From assembly GCA_026416125.1 (NCBI GenBank), contig JAOAFT010000011.1:150-64149 (forward strand): DNA of 64,000 bases, given 5' to 3'. Below, one piece after another: positions 42,050 to 50,668 of this stretch. A program made the position numbers and the translations under genes. The notes beneath the pieces are model-generated. The model saw only the letters and a program-made list of their open reading frames with translations. It was not told the DNA's origin and made no database searches. Numbering within the stretch: position 1 is the first letter of the stretch; every line of letters begins with the position of its first letter. Origin of the DNA: Bacteroidota bacterium (lineage in GTDB: Bacteria; Bacteroidota; Ignavibacteria; UBA10030).

Positions 42050-43960
42050 TTACTTCATCACAAAGGTTGTTATACTCATCGGATCAAGTGTATAGATCAA
42101 CACCCCATTAGCACTGAGAAACTCATTACCCTTTTGACAGTTTTTAACCTCCGATGTTGTGTAGGGAATAAATGTTGCAGCAACGGTAGTTCCAAGTTTA
42201 ATGGAACACCGTGACGAGGTCGTTGAAGAGTTGAGTACAACGATCACCAGTTTTTTCGTCTCAGGATGAATGTATGCTGTACCGATAATGGCTGTGTTGA
42301 AAATTGGGTGCGTAGTACAGTCAACCATTCTATAACCAGGTCGTACAAAACGAGCATAGTGTGACATTACGTACCCTTTCTTTGTCACTTCGCCTTTCAA
42401 GCCGCTATTGTTAGTTCCATCACTAATTGGTCCATAGTAGCGAACAATGTACCACCACACGTATGCACTCATGCGAGCTTTCATCACATCATGGATTTCT
42501 CGTGCGACAGGAAAAGCAAGTGACCACGCTTGAGGACTTGTTGTATTATCGGAACCTGTGAGATGTTCTGTCATCCATACTTCCTTACCTTTTTCCTCAG
42601 CTAAGGGATATGAAAAGAGCCCACCACCATAAATATGGCCACAAACAATATCCAAATGTCCACATGCACTAGCATCAAACAGAATTGAATCACTCAATTG
42701 CCGTCGAAATTGATACGACTCTGGCGCCATAACTTTTGTACCAAGCATTTTCCCATGCTCTTTTAAGAACTTTATCATTTGATGAGCATACCAATCGCAT
42801 GATTCATATGTCACCTTAATATCGGGTTCATTTTGAACGGAAACAGCATAGATTGGGGCTCCCTGTGACGCCATGTAATCGACAAACGATTTGAGGTGGT
42901 TCGCGTAACTACTGTAAGCATCTTCCCGTAACTGTCCACCAACGAGATTATTATTCGTTTTCATGGATGCAGGCGGTGACCATGGTGAAGCAATGAGCGT
43001 AACACCTTTTTGACATGCCACCTTAGCGGTTGGTACATTGTAGCTCCAATCATTTGAGTTAGGAGAGATTCTCAACCGTAAAATAGAAAGTCCAATTTGT
43101 CCATCCTCGGTACCAAAAGCTTTTTCAATTTCATCACTTGTCATATCGGGCCGCCAACCAACAATATTGGCAGCACCAAATCCACGAATGATTTGACGCA
43201 TACTATCGGGCCAGATCAGAAGCGTCGGATAATACTCTACAAAGAAATTTACTGTAGTATCAGAAGATATATAAATATTTTGGAGTTCCTGTGGAATAAT
43301 GTATGGTATTGTCCGGTCTGTATTTTCGATCCGTACTGTATACAAAGTACGTTGGAAAGTTGAACCACCATACCCTTGTTCTTTCAAAAAGGTAGGCACT
43401 TGCTGAAATTGAGTTATTCCAAAAGTACTGCCACTATTCCCCGACAACAACAATTTCCTAACGAATGCTCTACCGTTTACCATCACACGACAAAAGTAGA
43501 CGCCTTTTGAAACTGGATTACCACCGTAATCCTTCCCCTCCCAGTAGACGTAATGTAAGCCAGGAGGTTGTGTGCCACACGATGTGCTCCACACTTCTCT
43601 ACCAATCATATCATATATCGTTACTTGAACATTGGATTCATAAGCAAGTTCATACGGAATAGTCGTTCTTCCCACAAAGGGATTTGGGTAGTTCTGATGA
43701 ACAACGAACCGCAGTGGTTGTTTCATTGTATTCCCTTCTAGAGAAGAAATAATCCCAAGTTGATAATATCCATATTGATCGGTAATAGTTACATGTTGTA
43801 TTGTGGTATCTCCAAGATTAACAAACGTTACACGTGCAAATTGTACTGGTGTGGAAGCTGCATACACTCTTCCACTTACTAGCACCCCTTGGCTCCAAAG
43901 TGGCAAACTAAATACTAAAAGTAAACCGAAACTCAATAAACTCCTGTACCACATTGCCAT
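42050..43960 (-). CDS. GH30 (subfamily 8-like) glucuronoxylanase preceded by CarboxypepD_reg-like and an internal T9SS-sorting-like domain
   Basis: 636 aa. GH30 motifs GFGAAN, IASPWSPPASMK, YAVSVQNEPD and MAPE, with a C-terminal beta-sandwich. The N-terminal 175 aa consist of a signal peptide, a CarboxypepD_reg-like domain and a sorting-like module. Confidence 0.85.
   Translation of the reverse strand: MAMWYRSLLSFGLLLVFSLPLWSQGVLVSGRVYAASTPVQFARVTFVNLGDTTIQHVTITDQYGYYQLGIISSLEGNTMKQPLRFVVHQNYPNPFVGRTTIPYELAYESNVQVTIYDMIGREVWSTSCGTQPPGLHYVYWEGKDYGGNPVSKGVYFCRVMVNGRAFVRKLLLSGNSGSTFGITQFQQVPTFLKEQGYGGSTFQRTLYTVRIENTDRTIPYIIPQELQNIYISSDTTVNFFVEYYPTLLIWPDSMRQIIRGFGAANIVGWRPDMTSDEIEKAFGTEDGQIGLSILRLRISPNSNDWSYNVPTAKVACQKGVTLIASPWSPPASMKTNNNLVGGQLREDAYSSYANHLKSFVDYMASQGAPIYAVSVQNEPDIKVTYESCDWYAHQMIKFLKEHGKMLGTKVMAPESYQFRRQLSDSILFDASACGHLDIVCGHIYGGGLFSYPLAEEKGKEVWMTEHLTGSDNTTSPQAWSLAFPVAREIHDVMKARMSAYVWWYIVRYYGPISDGTNNSGLKGEVTKKGYVMSHYARFVRPGYRMVDCTTHPIFNTAIIGTAYIHPETKKLVIVVLNSSTTSSRCSIKLGTTVAATFIPYTTSEVKNCQKGNEFLSANGVLIYTLDPMSITTFVMK
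43442..43711 (-). other. internal (non-C-terminal) T9SS sorting-domain-like module
   Basis: Residues 84-173 read FVVHQNYPNPFVGRTTIPYEL..VQVTIYDMIGREV..GVYFCRVMVNGRAFVRKLLLS. This matches the seven terminal sorting domains in the window, but 460 more residues follow. Confidence 0.7.
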
Positions 43961-44087
43961 AGTTCCTCTGTGTTAGTGCTCATTCATCAATCGACTCTAA
44001 GCAATTTATTTATTCTAAATATTATATAACACCTTCTCACACAAAAAGGAGAACTCGTTTACTGTTAACACCTCATCGACTAACATA

Positions 44088-47000
44088 TCACTTAACAACA
44101 ACGAATTTTCGAACTGCTGAAAAATGGCTTTTCCCATCGACAGTCTGGACATTGAGACGACAAAAGTATACACCGCTACTAAGTACTGTAGTATTCCATT
44201 GAAAGCTATAACGTTGTGGTGGCTGGATAGCATCTACTAAGGTAGCAACCTCACGTCCTAACAGATCATATACTTTTATCGTAACATGGGATTTTATTGG
44301 GATTTCGTAAACGATCGTTGTGGTTGGGTTGAAAGGATTTGGATAATTGAGAAATAACATGTATTCAGCAGGTACTTTGATGCTTGTCTCTTTCTCCACG
44401 CCTACCAAGTATTGATTAATTAGCGCCTCCTCACTCCCGGCCTGGGATTTCCAGGAGTCATACAATTCTGGCCACCAGCGATATAAATCACCTAACGGGT
44501 ATCCACTCATAGCCGCTGTTTTGAGAATACTATTCGTGTATGAAAAATTTTCTTCTAAAGGCCACATATAATTAAAACTATTCTGTACTTTCCAAGCCCA
44601 CAATGTATCAAAACAACTATACCATTTTCCATCGATAAATTTTTTAAGCGCTAGTGTATCAAGTGCAGGACGTACAAAGTTGGGATTATAACTATCATGT
44701 TTAATTAATTCGTTTAATTTTTCAGGTACATCTATGATTAAAGTATTCCCCCACGGCCATGGGTATGTAAGTAAAGAATCCTCAACCCCATTATATATAT
44801 GCTCTTTCCTTATAAAAGGAAATCGTTTGGTCCCATCAGGGTTGCGTGATTCAAAGAACGCTAACGTTTTCCACGAAAACATTGGCTGTGGAAGTGGGAT
44901 TTTAGCTTTTTCATTAAATAGAAATCCTACTTGTGCAGAATTTGACTCAGCCAACATCCATCGAACTAGCCATGGGTCTAGGCTATACGAACAATTGGCA
45001 ACGACGATTCTTCGTTCCTGCTCGGGATTTTCAACTCCTTTAGCCCATTGTGGTAAAAAACCAAAATTCGTGATACTATCAATTCGAAAAACTCCATCTG
45101 GTTCATACTGACCAGTATTGGAATTAAAAACAGTCATACAAGGTATCCACCCATATATCCAACAATTTGCGAATAAAGAATTTGTCACAGCTAACTTATA
45201 CCACCAACCTGATTGGAGCGGGTACATGACAACATTATAAAAGGTACAATGGTTAAATTTGACAACATCTGCATAATTCTCATTTTCCTGGTTTAGAACA
45301 TAGCCAATGTTGGCAAAAGTACAGTTTTCAAATATAAGTGTATCAATATGATGGCCTTCAGATTGATATGGGAACGAAATCGCTCTTCCATAGTACCGTA
45401 AATGTGGATCGACACAATTTTTCCAGTAGCAATTCTTAAATGTACCCCGAAAGTTTCTACATGTAACGGTAATAGCACTAGAAGAAACAGTTGAGACTCC
45501 AAAAAAATCAAGTATAACATTTTCTAAAAAGCACCGGTGAACATTCTGGTCAGTAGTATCCTTGAAAATAATACATGCATATGCTTGATATCCTTCCGTA
45601 AAAGCACAAAATAGCCACACGTTTTTCAATGTTAAATGACCATAACAGCGTATCATTGTAAATGAACCCTTTGATTTATTCGAAAGAAGAATCTGAGGTG
45701 GTGCTGTTTCCTGCGATCTACCTGGATCGGGAGCTATAATTGTGAGATGTTCACCCGGCGGTACTAGAATTTCATTATCGAGAATGTAACGACTATTTAA
45801 CTCAAGTAAAAAAACAGTACGCGAAAGAGCACCGGATATAGTGTTGATGGTGTTAATAACTCGGTTAAGATTTCCAATCCTACCTGTTCTTGAGTCACTC
45901 ACAACTCGTACGGTATCGCTACGATAAGTATTACCAGTCGTAAATCCATAAACAGAAGAATATTCACTTTCACCACTATCATTTTGAGCTCTAACACGCC
46001 AGTAGTATGTAGTAGAAGGAGTTAATGGTAAGAGAGAGAGAACCGTATCAACTACTATCGTATCAATAAAAATTGATCCAGGAGGAAAATGACTAAATGT
46101 AGAAATTTGGACACGATAGGCCTTTGCCGATTCAGAACTTTTCCATATTAATTTAGGATTGATGTCAACATTCGTTGAACCATTTAACGGTAATACAAGA
46201 ACTGGTGTAAACGGTAGTGAACAATAGTAACGAAGCCAACTGACAACTGGTCGTTCTTTCCCACGAGCATCAATTACGTATGTATTTGGATGTGATGCCC
46301 AAACATCGTCGTAATGATATCCCCAAAGAGTAATTCCTTTAACGCCAGGATTATTCCAAAAGAGAGGGAAGTAAATTTTATATTGAGCAACTTGATTTGA
46401 ATCGTTTGGTTCATCAACATCGAATTCGGTGATGTAAACAGGAAGACCTGTTGCAATAAGTCTGTTTAAATTAGTTTTAATAACATTGATGTCATAGATA
46501 TAACTGGGCGTTTTCCCAATGTCGCTCCGAAATTCGAAGTAGTGTCCTTGAATACCAATACCATCAATTAAACCACGTGTTTTCAATAAGTTGATAAGTG
46601 TCAGGTAATTCGTCGTTACCGTATTGCTATGAAGAACATTGTACTCATTGAGTAACAATTTTGTCATTAATGGGTATGCTTTGCGAGCTAGTTGGAATGC
46701 CGTTATAACCCAATCCCACCCTGTGGTCCCATTACCCCCAAGTGCATTCTTATACAGCGGTGGTGCGTTGAATGGCTCATTGACAACATCGACATATGCT
46801 GTTTGGGGGTACCGCTTCGCCACTGTGTCAATCCATCGCTCAATAGCAAGTCTCTGCGCAGACGAATCGAGAGCGGTAATCCACGAGGGTTGCTGTTGTC
46901 CCCAAATAAGAGTGTGTTGTTTAAAGGGAATATTATGTCGTAGTGCAAAAGAATAGATCGAATCCAAATTTGCAAATGAATACTGACCTTGAACGTATTC

Positions 47001-47225
47001 AACAGATCCCCACTTTCCATCATTGCCAGGTGTTATTTGGTTCCAATATACATTGAACCTGCTCCACACTGGGCTTTTTGTTCCAGCACCCAAAAATTTA
47101 CTTTTCCCTGCTGCTAATGGCCTTTGTGCGCATAAATCAACAACAAGACCCACACTCACAAGTCCTACAAAAAACGTACTTTTGATATACCAAATTTGTT
47201 TTGTTAACACCTTATTCACCCCCAT
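44088..47225 (-). CDS. multidomain xylanase: GH10 - Fn3-like - uncharacterised ~510-aa beta-helix-like module - T9SS sorting domain
   Basis: 1045 aa. GH10 at about 46221-47123 (WNQITPGNDGKWG, VVNEPFN, ITEFDV). Fn3-like at about 45936-46208. Unknown module at about 44391-45923, paralogous to the gene at 50669-52582. Sorting domain at 44091-44369. Confidence 0.85.
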   Translation of the reverse strand: MGVNKVLTKQIWYIKSTFFVGLVSVGLVVDLCAQRPLAAGKSKFLGAGTKSPVWSRFNVYWNQITPGNDGKWGSVEYVQGQYSFANLDSIYSFALRHNIPFKQHTLIWGQQQPSWITALDSSAQRLAIERWIDTVAKRYPQTAYVDVVNEPFNAPPLYKNALGGNGTTGWDWVITAFQLARKAYPLMTKLLLNEYNVLHSNTVTTNYLTLINLLKTRGLIDGIGIQGHYFEFRSDIGKTPSYIYDINVIKTNLNRLIATGLPVYITEFDVDEPNDSNQVAQYKIYFPLFWNNPGVKGITLWGYHYDDVWASHPNTYVIDARGKERPVVSWLRYYCSLPFTPVLVLPLNGSTNVDINPKLIWKSSESAKAYRVQISTFSHFPPGSIFIDTIVVDTVLSLLPLTPSTTYYWRVRAQNDSGESEYSSVYGFTTGNTYRSDTVRVVSDSRTGRIGNLNRVINTINTISGALSRTVFLLELNSRYILDNEILVPPGEHLTIIAPDPGRSQETAPPQILLSNKSKGSFTMIRCYGHLTLKNVWLFCAFTEGYQAYACIIFKDTTDQNVHRCFLENVILDFFGVSTVSSSAITVTCRNFRGTFKNCYWKNCVDPHLRYYGRAISFPYQSEGHHIDTLIFENCTFANIGYVLNQENENYADVVKFNHCTFYNVVMYPLQSGWWYKLAVTNSLFANCWIYGWIPCMTVFNSNTGQYEPDGVFRIDSITNFGFLPQWAKGVENPEQERRIVVANCSYSLDPWLVRWMLAESNSAQVGFLFNEKAKIPLPQPMFSWKTLAFFESRNPDGTKRFPFIRKEHIYNGVEDSLLTYPWPWGNTLIIDVPEKLNELIKHDSYNPNFVRPALDTLALKKFIDGKWYSCFDTLWAWKVQNSFNYMWPLEENFSYTNSILKTAAMSGYPLGDLYRWWPELYDSWKSQAGSEEALINQYLVGVEKETSIKVPAEYMLFLNYPNPFNPTTTIVYEIPIKSHVTIKVYDLLGREVATLVDAIQPPQRYSFQWNTTVLSSGVYFCRLNVQTVDGKSHFSAVRKFVVVK

Positions 47226-47255
47226 TACTCATTACTCTTCATCTAATATGAATAA

Positions 47256-47288
47256 AAAAGCGGCTCGCTTTTTCAGCGAGCCGCTTTT
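47256..47288 (-). terminator. rho-independent terminator
   Basis: Minus strand reads GCGGCTCGC-tgaaaaa-GCGAGCCGC followed by TTTTTTATT. The stem is flanked by A-run and T-run, so it could act in both directions. Confidence 0.75.
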
Positions 47289-47299
47289 CGGAATGCATC

Positions 47300-50200
47300 T
47301 TACTTCAACAAGAGGAGTTTCTTCACCGCTGAGAAATTCTTTGCCCCATCAATACTTCGGGCTTCGATCTTGCAGAAATATACACCTGTGCTAAAGTTCG
47401 AAGCATTCCAATGAATAGTGTAACTCCGCGCAGGCTGAACCTCATCAACCAATGTTGCGACAGCTCGACCGAGAATGTCATAGATTGTAATTTTGACATT
47501 CGAAGTCATTGGAATATCATAGTTAATTGCCGTTGTTGGGTTGAATGGGTTCGGGTAATTTTGGCTTAAGGCAAACTCACGTGGAATAACACTTTCAGCT
47601 TCCACGTTGGTTACCGTACCAACATCAATTGGAATACTTGTTGTGTCAATTGTCACATCGTATACACGAAGCCCCTTTACTGTATTCCCTGGAGTCAATG
47701 CAAAGGAAATACAGTTGAAGTTCGTAACAGCTGAATGCGTCGTTACGAAGCTAGCTGCATACGTGTATCCAGGTTTCCAGAGTTTGAAACGTACGGTGGC
47801 TTCCGATTCATTGCGTGTGACCGACAATGCAAAATCATATAACCCTGAATCAGCTATTGCACCTTTTGGCATTTGCTCAAAGTTCCCAAGGGCAACAGCT
47901 CCTTCTGTTTCTGGTGAAAACCAAAGTGCATTTGATACAACACCAATTGAACCAACTGCACCACCCGATGTTCCCCACGTTGGATTTGGATTGTTACCAC
48001 TACGTGGAATTATTAATAACCCAGTATGTGCATTCTCAGCACCTGTCCAACGCGTTGAATCTCCATCACTCGGTGTATTATCAATTACGAGATTACCAAG
48101 TGTAGCATTGAAAATACCTAAACGGAGGCTCGCTGGTGCAGCAAAACCGCTTTCAATTTGACCAGTAATTTTCAATCCACGCTTGATGGTCGGTGTAAAT
48201 GGATCAAATTCACCACGAATTGCTGCAATGTCTGTATTAGGAGCAGTACCAACAATACCAGCACTCCCATCAAAAACACCTTTTTCAAAGAACCAACCAC
48301 CATACCGACTACCAACGATGCCCCAACGAGTGACTAAGTACTTCTGGAATGGCGCCTCTGGAATTGTAATGACACCAGTATCAACTTTCACATCTTCTAC
48401 TGAGAACCCTCGAATTCCCCAGGTGTCACTGTTGATAATTCCAAACGTTACACCATTGAACGTTGGTGGAATAATCGTCGTATCAACAAAACTTCCAGCC
48501 CACCAATAACTAAAGCTCTCTCCCTGAGGCTTGACCAAGAAGAATTTTACTTCTTTTGTGCCATCACTTCGAAGTTGAACCGAAATCGCAAAGTCGTACG
48601 TCCCAGCCTCTGCTATCGATCGATAGGGCACCTGGCGGATAATACCAGTGGAGAGATTGCTCCCATATGTTGAAATCCATGAACTGTTGTTTCGAACAAT
48701 ACCCTGGGTTCCTCCACCACCATTTGCCCAGTTCGGTATATCAAACGTACTGCTTGGCGGACAGAACAAATACCCAGTCCCAGTCTCCTCTCCATCCACT
48801 ACACGCGCAGAATCGGTACCAGCATATCGAACATATCGCCACCGAGCACTGTCCGTCAACGGATTATAAAGTGTTCCAGCATTTGGCAGATTGTTCAATC
48901 CAAATCGCAACCCATTCCACACTGTAATACCAGCACTGTCAAACGTCAACTTCCCAGTAATCTTCAACGACCGACCAGGCTTAATCGTCACTGGCTCAAC
49001 AAATGCACCTCGTATCACATTCCATGTCCCTCGGGGTGGCGCTGACCCAACTAACCCTGCAGATCCATCAAAAGTCCCAGGGACAAATCTCCATGTCGCT
49101 GATAATCCACGTCGCAATACACCCCAATTTGCAATTGGTATGTAATATGCCTCCCATGGCGCCTCTGGAATAACAAGAGGATCACCAAATGTCACTTTCA
49201 CATTAGAAAGGTACAAGCCTCGGAGCTGCCCACGTTCTGCACCATTCCCACCATTAATGCCGAAACACAACCCATTAAACGTTGCTGGTATAATTGTAGT
49301 GTCAATAAACTTCCCTGCCCACCAATAACTAAAGCTCTCACCTTGTGGTTTAACAAGGAAAAATGTGACTTCTTTTGTGCCATTAGCCAGGTGTTGCACT
49401 GAAATTGCAAATTGGTATGTACCCTCCTCAGCAATTGCACGAGAAGGTTTTTGACGAATAATCCCTGTGGAGAGATTATTCCCAAAAGTTGACAACCAAG
49501 AGCTATTTCGAATAACACCCTGGGTTCCTCCACCACCATTTGCCCAGTTCGGTATGTCGAACGTACTACTTGGTGGTACAAACGTGTAACCACCAATAGC
49601 AATCTCTTCTGCATCTACCACTTGAGCACTATCCGTTCCAGGATATTTTACATATCTCCAACGTGCAGAATCGGTTCCAGCATTATAAATAGTCCCTGCT
49701 TGTGTATGATAGGCTAAACCGAATCGCAATGCACTCCAAGTTTCAATACCTGCGCTATCAAAAACCAATGTTCCAGTTACGACGAGTGTTCTTGTTTGAG
49801 GTATTGTGGTTGCGGGGAACTCACCACGAATAACTGTCCACGGTCCATTCGGGGGAGTTGTACCTCTAATTCCAATGGTCCCCGGTGTTGTGCTTGGAAC
49901 TAGCTTCCAATTCGGTGCAGGCCCACGCCTAAAGAAAGCCCAATCGGAAACCATCACTTCTGTCGATGAAATGGTTATATCATCAATATAGATTGTCTCT
50001 ACACTTGCTGCACTCATCCACACTTGAATACCTAAACGTTTAAATGCACCAACATTGGTGAGTGTAGCTTCAATTTCATTCCATTCATTTGCCACAAGTT
50101 GATTGAGGCTTTTCTCTGGCCCATTGTACCATGTCCACCCGGAACCAGATTGCCAGAAAAATTTAATAACACCTGATTTTGATACTAACGAAGCATCAAC

Positions 50201-50479
50201 CCACACCTTTGCTTTTGCAATATATCCTTCCTGTACAATGCTTCCTAACCCATCGTTGGCAAAAATAATTTGCTGCTCACCTTCTTTCGTGGATACTTTT
50301 GCAGATTGTACTCCACTAGCTGCTCTATCCTGGCTCAATTCCATGGGTTGTCCTGAAATCCAACCGCTTGACCAACCACCCATATTCGTCTCGAAGTTCC
50401 AGGATTGTCGTACGAACTGGGCATAGAGAGAACCTACGCACCAACTCACTATCAATAATGTGATTATAAGCTTCTTCAT
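47300..50479 (-). CDS. secreted repeat protein: CBM-like N-domain, three ~260-aa repeats of an unknown domain, T9SS sorting domain
   Basis: The ATG at 50479 has AAGGAGG 7 nt upstream; the tracked start is a TTG. Signal peptide present. The CBM4_9/22-like region (SWNFETNMGGW...IYIDDITI) is followed by the repeats. Sorting domain at 47303-47578. Confidence 0.8.
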   Translation of the reverse strand: MKKLIITLLIVSWCVGSLYAQFVRQSWNFETNMGGWSSGWISGQPMELSQDRAASGVQSAKVSTKEGEQQIIFANDGLGSIVQEGYIAKAKVWVDASLVSKSGVIKFFWQSGSGWTWYNGPEKSLNQLVANEWNEIEATLTNVGAFKRLGIQVWMSAASVETIYIDDITISSTEVMVSDWAFFRRGPAPNWKLVPSTTPGTIGIRGTTPPNGPWTVIRGEFPATTIPQTRTLVVTGTLVFDSAGIETWSALRFGLAYHTQAGTIYNAGTDSARWRYVKYPGTDSAQVVDAEEIAIGGYTFVPPSSTFDIPNWANGGGGTQGVIRNSSWLSTFGNNLSTGIIRQKPSRAIAEEGTYQFAISVQHLANGTKEVTFFLVKPQGESFSYWWAGKFIDTTIIPATFNGLCFGINGGNGAERGQLRGLYLSNVKVTFGDPLVIPEAPWEAYYIPIANWGVLRRGLSATWRFVPGTFDGSAGLVGSAPPRGTWNVIRGAFVEPVTIKPGRSLKITGKLTFDSAGITVWNGLRFGLNNLPNAGTLYNPLTDSARWRYVRYAGTDSARVVDGEETGTGYLFCPPSSTFDIPNWANGGGGTQGIVRNNSSWISTYGSNLSTGIIRQVPYRSIAEAGTYDFAISVQLRSDGTKEVKFFLVKPQGESFSYWWAGSFVDTTIIPPTFNGVTFGIINSDTWGIRGFSVEDVKVDTGVITIPEAPFQKYLVTRWGIVGSRYGGWFFEKGVFDGSAGIVGTAPNTDIAAIRGEFDPFTPTIKRGLKITGQIESGFAAPASLRLGIFNATLGNLVIDNTPSDGDSTRWTGAENAHTGLLIIPRSGNNPNPTWGTSGGAVGSIGVVSNALWFSPETEGAVALGNFEQMPKGAIADSGLYDFALSVTRNESEATVRFKLWKPGYTYAASFVTTHSAVTNFNCISFALTPGNTVKGLRVYDVTIDTTSIPIDVGTVTNVEAESVIPREFALSQNYPNPFNPTTAINYDIPMTSNVKITIYDILGRAVATLVDEVQPARSYTIHWNASNFSTGVYFCKIEARSIDGAKNFSAVKKLLLLK
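47636..49945 (-). repeat. three tandem intragenic repeats (about 49166-49945, 48350-49129, 47636-48328)
   Basis: Repeats 1 and 2 share long identical runs (FDSAGI, TDSARWRYV, GTDSA.VVD, PPSSTFDIPNWANGGGGTQG, LSTGIIRQ, FFLVKPQGESFSYWWAG, DTTIIP.TFNG), and each ends with IPEAP(W/F). Repeat 3 is divergent but collinear. Confidence 0.8.
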
Positions 50480-50623
50480 ACACAATCCTCCTTTTGATGA
50501 ATAACAAATTTGTTAATTATAGTAGTCTCGTATGTATAATTATCACTTTTCTATCTAGACCTATCACCTCCTTTATCGCACACAATAATCCAGATTAACT
50601 TCTGAACTTAAACTCATAGTTCT

Positions 50624-50659
50624 AAGAAGGCCGAGGAGACTGCTCTCCTCGACCTTCTT
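50624..50659 (-). terminator. strong hairpin without U-tract (possible terminator or processing site)
   Basis: Minus strand reads AAGAAGGTCGAGGAGA-gcag-TCTCCTCGGCCTTCTT, a 16-bp stem with one G-U pair. It starts 10 nt after the stop at 50669. Confidence 0.45.
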
Positions 50660-50668
50660 ACACCATTA

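Noticed and set aside
44015-44233. Small minus-strand ORFs bridging gene ends (44015-44233, 39492-39689, 50325-50507).
   Set aside because: They overlap the termini of well-supported genes in other frames. They have no SD or signal features and their products are hydrophobic or odd. They are likely spurious.
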